In this document: one piece after another, positions 58,205 through 64,000 of the stretch
How positions within the stretch are numbered: position 1 is the stretch's first letter
Layout of the letters: every line of letters starts with the position of its first letter
From: the human T2T-CHM13v2.0 reference genome, Homo sapiens
Assembly: GCF_009914755.1 (NCBI RefSeq)
Contig: NC_060929.1
Reading direction: 5' to 3' (one strand)
DNA: 64,000 nucleotides
Made by a program: the position numbers and the translations under genes
The notes under the pieces: model-generated
What the model saw: only the letters and a program-made list of their open reading frames with translations
Told to the model about the DNA's origin: nothing
Databases searched by the model: none

Positions 58205-58321
58205 GGAGGCTTCACACAGATTAAGTGCAACACAGACATTTTCATTGGCGGAGTCCCCAATTATGATGATGTGAAGAAGAACTCGGGTGTCCTGAAGCCT
58301 TTCAGCGGGAGCATCCAGAAG
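58205..58321 (+). CDS. EGFLAM: EGFLAM coding exon, 117 nt, phase 0->0: LamG2 ([18 protein letters not shown]...FSGSIQK)
   Basis: Acceptor atcttttggcag|, donor AAG|gtacag; IFIGG motif. Confidence 0.96.
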
Positions 58322-58858
58322 GTACAGGCATCTCTTCCTCATGTTTACTGGGCCACCCAGACTGTAGACAAAGAAAGTGAGGATTATGATCAGTGTCATC
58401 TGCTGCACCCAAGAAAGACACTTTGAGAAAGTTTTAACATTTTTAAAAATTTCTATTTTAATGCCCACAGCATGGCTTTCCAACCTCACTTTCTTAGAAC
58501 ATCTGCTCCTGGGTCTATGCCCGGCAGACATTCCATGAATGCTACTTGGTGATGATGAATTTTTATGGCAAATCTACCAAACTATATTAGGACTGCTGAG
58601 GGAGTGAAATGGCATCATGTGTCTGCAGATACTTCCACAGTAGGGAAGGAGGTGGACGGAGGTGAATAGCAACCTTGGCTCTGCGCTTCTCTTTTGCGGT
58701 ACTTTGCAGTTTGCTCAACATTAGAGCCAGTGCTCATCCCCACCCCTACACTTTAGCAGTTGGTGTTCATTGATCATGTAACCAAGCTCTTAAGAGCATA
58801 GATTAAAGAGTTCTTCCCTAGAAGGTTCAGGAAAAAAACATTCAGTGAAAGATACTGA

Positions 58859-59183
<325 letters not shown>

Positions 59184-60584
59184 TGCTCTCTTTTATTCCT
59201 TCTCTTGGGGCTGCCCATGATCTCTGTGGTTATGAAGTCATGCTCTGTCTGCAACAGACCTGCAGCTTGACTCCCCAGCCCAGGTGGGCAGAACCACCAA
59301 ACACTGGGAGAACAAGGATCTGAAGAAAAGCATGTTTAGTTCCTGGGTGTTAGCTTCATCCTGTTTTCCTTTAGTGACCAATGGTGGCTAAAGGATCCTT
59401 TTTGGACCTGAGATGGAGCATGAGGGAGGCTAAGGTGAAGGAGGAATGATGAAAGAAGTCCCTCCTTTCACTGAAAAGGGCCCCTGGTACTGTGACCATT
59501 TTATCTCGCATCGCAGTGTCAGGCCCAGTCAACATTTGCTGACAGTCACGTGTTTCCCTTTGTTACTGAAGTTCGAGGTCTGTGATACCTCAGTTCAGAC
59601 CATTCTCCCCTATGAGTGGGATTGGCCATGCTTAACCAGGTGTTTCAAATTCTCACCTAGGAAACAAGCTGGGATGCTAAGACGTTTCCCATCCTCTGCC
59701 CGCTCTTCTCAGGCTGTGCCCTCCCCTTCACGCAGCACACACAACCCTCTCCCTATCTCCTGCTAGAAAGACCACCCTCTCTTGCCTGATTCACGGGCTG
59801 GGCCATGTCCTGTAGTGAACAGTGCCATTCCTGGCTTGTCTCAGCACATATTACGCAGTTTCATGGTCCTTCACTTGCAGCCTGAAAGGGGGAGATTGTA
59901 GAAGGATCCTGGCTACTTTCTAGCAGCTTCTCAGATTCAGGACTGGGGAAAAGTTTTCTCTCAACTCTCCCAGTGCTCTCCAAGGGCCAGGCAAGCCTTT
60001 GGAAGCTTAGATTCGTGGCAGGAAGTGCCATTGCTAACCTCTTATAACCCCTGGGCAGTGGGGGTTCCCCTGGGAGGTGTTCTTACTGTCTCGAAGTTCT
60101 GCAAAGCCAGCAACAGTTCAAAGTAAATCCATATTCTGAATCAAGGGCTGGTAAAGTTGGATCCATTTATTTGGGGCTAGGGAACCCAGTAGCCCCTCCT
60201 CATAATTTATCAGTTTCACTAGAGTCACATTGCAGGGCAGAAGGTGCAAGGGAGCTCTTGAGCACCAGTAAATCCATGCACAGTGGGGTAAAGAATGCGA
60301 CCTGTGTTTCACTTTTGTTTCTTAAGTGGGGAAGGGAATGTGCAGAGGGAGGGGATTCAGGAACGTCAGGGAAGGAGGATAGCAGGAGTGAGTGGGACAA
60401 TCGGGGAGGTCCAGCTGATGGAATTTTAGGAGACTGCTTGAGAACATTAGTTGGAAACATAAAGGAGTACACTAGGAAGTGTCTCTGGATTCCACAGCCA
60501 CCGGGAGCCAGGGTGCCCTGTTTGACTTCCGCCTCCGTAACACTGTGTTTTGCACTCTCCCCACTCTGCTTTATATACCAGTGT

Positions 60585-60755
60585 CTCCCAGCCTGGGCTG
60601 CATCTTCTGAGGTGACTCTCAAAAACTTTTTAAAGTTACTGACGACTTGGTCTCACCTTCAGAGATTCTGGTTCAATGGGTCTGGGCGGGTCTGGGCATT
60701 AGTATTTCTTAAGAGCCCGCCAGGTGGTTCTAATGTGCAGCTGGGTTGAAATCCG
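60585..60755. mobile_element. MER5A-like DNA transposon
   Basis: cagagattctggttcaatgggtctggg...ccaggtggttctaatgtgcag. Confidence 0.7.
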
Positions 60756-60854
60756 AACTTTGTAGTTCTTGGGACTTCTTTACAACCTAACCGAGTGGCC
60801 AGTCTTCCGGAACCAGAGGAGCGCGTCACTCCGCAGATTCTCCCAAGTGGATCA

Positions 60855-61221
<367 letters not shown>

Positions 61222-61342
61222 TTAAAAAAATTTTTTTTCAATCTCCCTATGTGTAGCTCAGGTTAATTTGCCAAGGGAAGCTTTAGAAGACTACAAAGAT
61301 GTTTCTTAATTCCTGAATTTCTTTATGTTTTTCTCTCTCAAG

Positions 61343-61523
61343 ATCATCCTGAATGACCGAACCATCCATGTGAAGCATGACTTCACCTCCGGAGTGAATG
61401 TGGAGAATGCGGCCCACCCCTGTGTGAGAGCCCCTTGTGCCCATGGGGGCAGCTGCCGGCCCAGGAAGGAGGGCTATGACTGTGACTGCCCCTTGGGCTT
61501 TGAGGGGCTTCACTGCCAGAAAG
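61343..61523 (+). CDS. EGFLAM: EGFLAM coding exon, 181 nt, phase 0->1: end of LamG2 and EGF-like 3 (IILNDRT...[12 protein letters not shown])
   Basis: Acceptor tttttctctctcaag|, donor AAG|gtacgc; EGF Cys pattern. Confidence 0.97.
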
Positions 61524-64000
61524 GTACGCTCAGGGGTCTGAGGCACAGCTCCCTGGAGGGAGTGGAAGGAACGGACAGCCAATTGGGGGACCACAACTCT
61601 TAATGGAAGAGTTGTAACAGTGGTACAACCATAGTGGTTATTTTGATCAATTATTTCAATAACTTATTAGATGATTATTTATAAACTACCATAATTCCTT
61701 AATAAGAGTTAAATGCTGAAATACTTCTGCTAACAGTGAGTAAATAGGTTCCCCACCCTCTGCCCTGGCTCCTTCCTTGAGAATCACCTCATAGTCTAGC
61801 AACCCAAGAGTTAACCCATAACAGAGTAGGGGTTTCCAGGACTTTTGCATCTGAGCCACTCCCAGAGCCTATCCTGATAGATGAATGCCTATGCTTTGTA
61901 GACTGATAAATATTTTAACCCCTGTCTGTGCATGCTGTATAAGAGAAACCTTGCCCAAATATGCAAAAACACAAATTATACATTAGTTGCTCCAAACTAA
62001 AGTATGCATAACCTTCTGTATAGTGCTATTTTTTAGGCTATCAAATTGCTGTGCCTCAGTTGTCTCAACTGTAAAATGGGAATAATAATAGCAGTATTAT
62101 TGTGTGTCTAACACAGAGGGTTATAGTATTGACTAAATGAGACAATGGATCCAGAACATTTAGAAGAGGGCCTGGTAAGTACTCAAGCAACCAACAAATA
62201 CTGGTCATTATTATTCGTGGGGAGAAAAATAAAATCCATTAGCAGGTGCTGTGGGCTACTCAGTTTCCATCTTACCCTAGACTGAAAGCCAAGGCAGGTC
62301 ATAGACCATGAGACCCTGCTGGACTTGCTTTCTGTACCTGCTTATGGGAAGCTGAGGACACGGCCCTGGTATCTAGAATAGGCTTCCCACATATATCCAT
62401 CATGTTGGGCCTTCATTTTTCAGTTTCAGTGTGGCCTTTCCTGCCCAGGAACTTAAAAAAAAAAAAAAACAAGCCTGGAAGAAATAAAGCAATGAGCCTC
62501 TGAAGGAATGTGCACTGTCTTTCTTATTTCCAGGTTGTTGATTTTTATCAGAATTAGGGCTTAGAGGAAAACTATAAATTACAGGTAGGTATGTTGGTAT
62601 ATGGAATGGTAGGAGAAGTCATTTTGTCATTTTGCAGCAGTCTTGGAAAATATGAAAGATGCCAATTTGCCAGTTGGAAGCCTTAGTAGTATTTCTTATG
62701 TTTAAATGAATTTGAAATCTACATGGCAAATCTTCCTTGTATTTTTAACAAGGGAGGGTAATTGATTCATTTGTGAATTATCCTGATTAGAATCCTAACA
62801 AGCAAATTGCTGTTTAGCTAATAGGTTGTACTTACAGAGATTTAGCTGAAGAGTGGCTCATTCATTCAGAAAATTGGGTTTGGATTTCACACATCAATGT
62901 TTGAATTTACTAAGTCTCCAATTTTACCACAGGAGCATCCAATTTGTGCTTGCCGTATATCTAACATTAATGGTCAATATGTAAATCCCGGACTTAGATG
63001 AACATTTAGCACTGGAAATTAAAGGGAGAAAGAAAGGATAATGTGTGATCTTGTTAGCCCTCATTTCCTGCTGCAGAACATTAGTCGTAACAGGGATAAA
63101 GTGCTCACATTTATAGCTTTGTAACTATAGGTTCAGGTTCAATGAGAAGCAAATCTTACCAGAATGTTGGGGCAGATCCCAGTGAGCACCTGGATCTGGC
63201 AAGATCTGTGGGAATGGATGACGGCAGAGGGAACTGCAGGACATTGGGGACTCTTTTCCTGCAAAGCAGTCTAGAACCAAGATTGGAACCCAGATGAGCC
63301 AGCAGCCACCCTCCATGTTGAATTAGTATCAGATTGTGTTTTGAAATCAAGATACTGCTTCTGGGAAGATGGCAACCTTTCCAAATCCTGGGAAGGTTCA
63401 TATATCAGAGGTATGGCCCCTATCCCATAATTTCCTTTCCATCATAATGACTGGAGAGGATTAATGGGGCTCTGCAACAATTTTTCCAGCTCCAGCAGGT
63501 ACCAATTGTGGGCAGTTGCCATGCCGACTGCTCTAATATTGGGGAAAACATTTAGTCCCATTGTAAAGATTGGAAAGAAAAGGAAAAGAGATGGGCGATT
63601 ATGTTGTTCCATAGAGATGCAAGAGAATACATAGAAAGTTTGCGTAAATCCTTGGTTTGAAAGACCAAGAATGGTGAGAAGCCATCCTTGGTTGTCAGAA
63701 AGAATCCTGTCTCATCCAGCAAGGTGATTTTTAGCCTCATATATTTAAAAGTTGGGGTTTTTTTCTGCCTCATAATCAAACCATGTTTCAAAACAAGAGC
63801 CTGTTCCCAGTATTCCTACAGAAGTTAAACCAGTCCTTTTACATGAAGCAAAATGGTATAGAAATAACCAGCACCAGGGCTCATCCAATCCATACCAAAG
63901 GGCACCTTCTTTATGAGGAATTTTGTTTTCTGGATCGTCAGTGAGTCTGGGTCTTTTTCAGCCTCATCAGAGAGTGTGGCAAGTGAGTTCCACAAGGGCC

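Noticed and set aside
60171-60749. 192-aa ORF on +, the longest in the track
   Set aside because: Non-ATG start, runs into MER5A-like sequence, and has no domain similarity.

Overview
Primate, most likely human, genomic DNA from the interior of EGFLAM (pikachurin), on the + strand. I read 11 consecutive coding exons with GT-AG boundaries between 29195 and 61523. They total 1752 nt and splice into one open frame encoding the acidic and Ser/Thr/Pro linker, EGF1, LamG1, EGF2, LamG2 and EGF3. The first ~29 kb is intron and contains a probable alternative first coding exon (ATG CAT CCA G|gt at 26951-26960) that would give an isoform lacking the signal peptide and FN3 domains. The rest is intron rich in Alu, L1, L2, CR1, LTR and DNA-transposon fossils; nearly all ORFs in the supplied track are spurious. 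No new gene system was found. The most notable observations: an MLT2 LTR inserted into an exon's polypyrimidine tract, apparently displacing the old branch point and supplying a new one; a probable L1 3' transduction nested in an Alu; a 27-bp-stem hairpin; two local duplications; a candidate 21-nt in-frame microexon; a full-length CTCF site; and closely spaced inverted Alus. Repeat family names come from recalled consensus sequences, not from a search.
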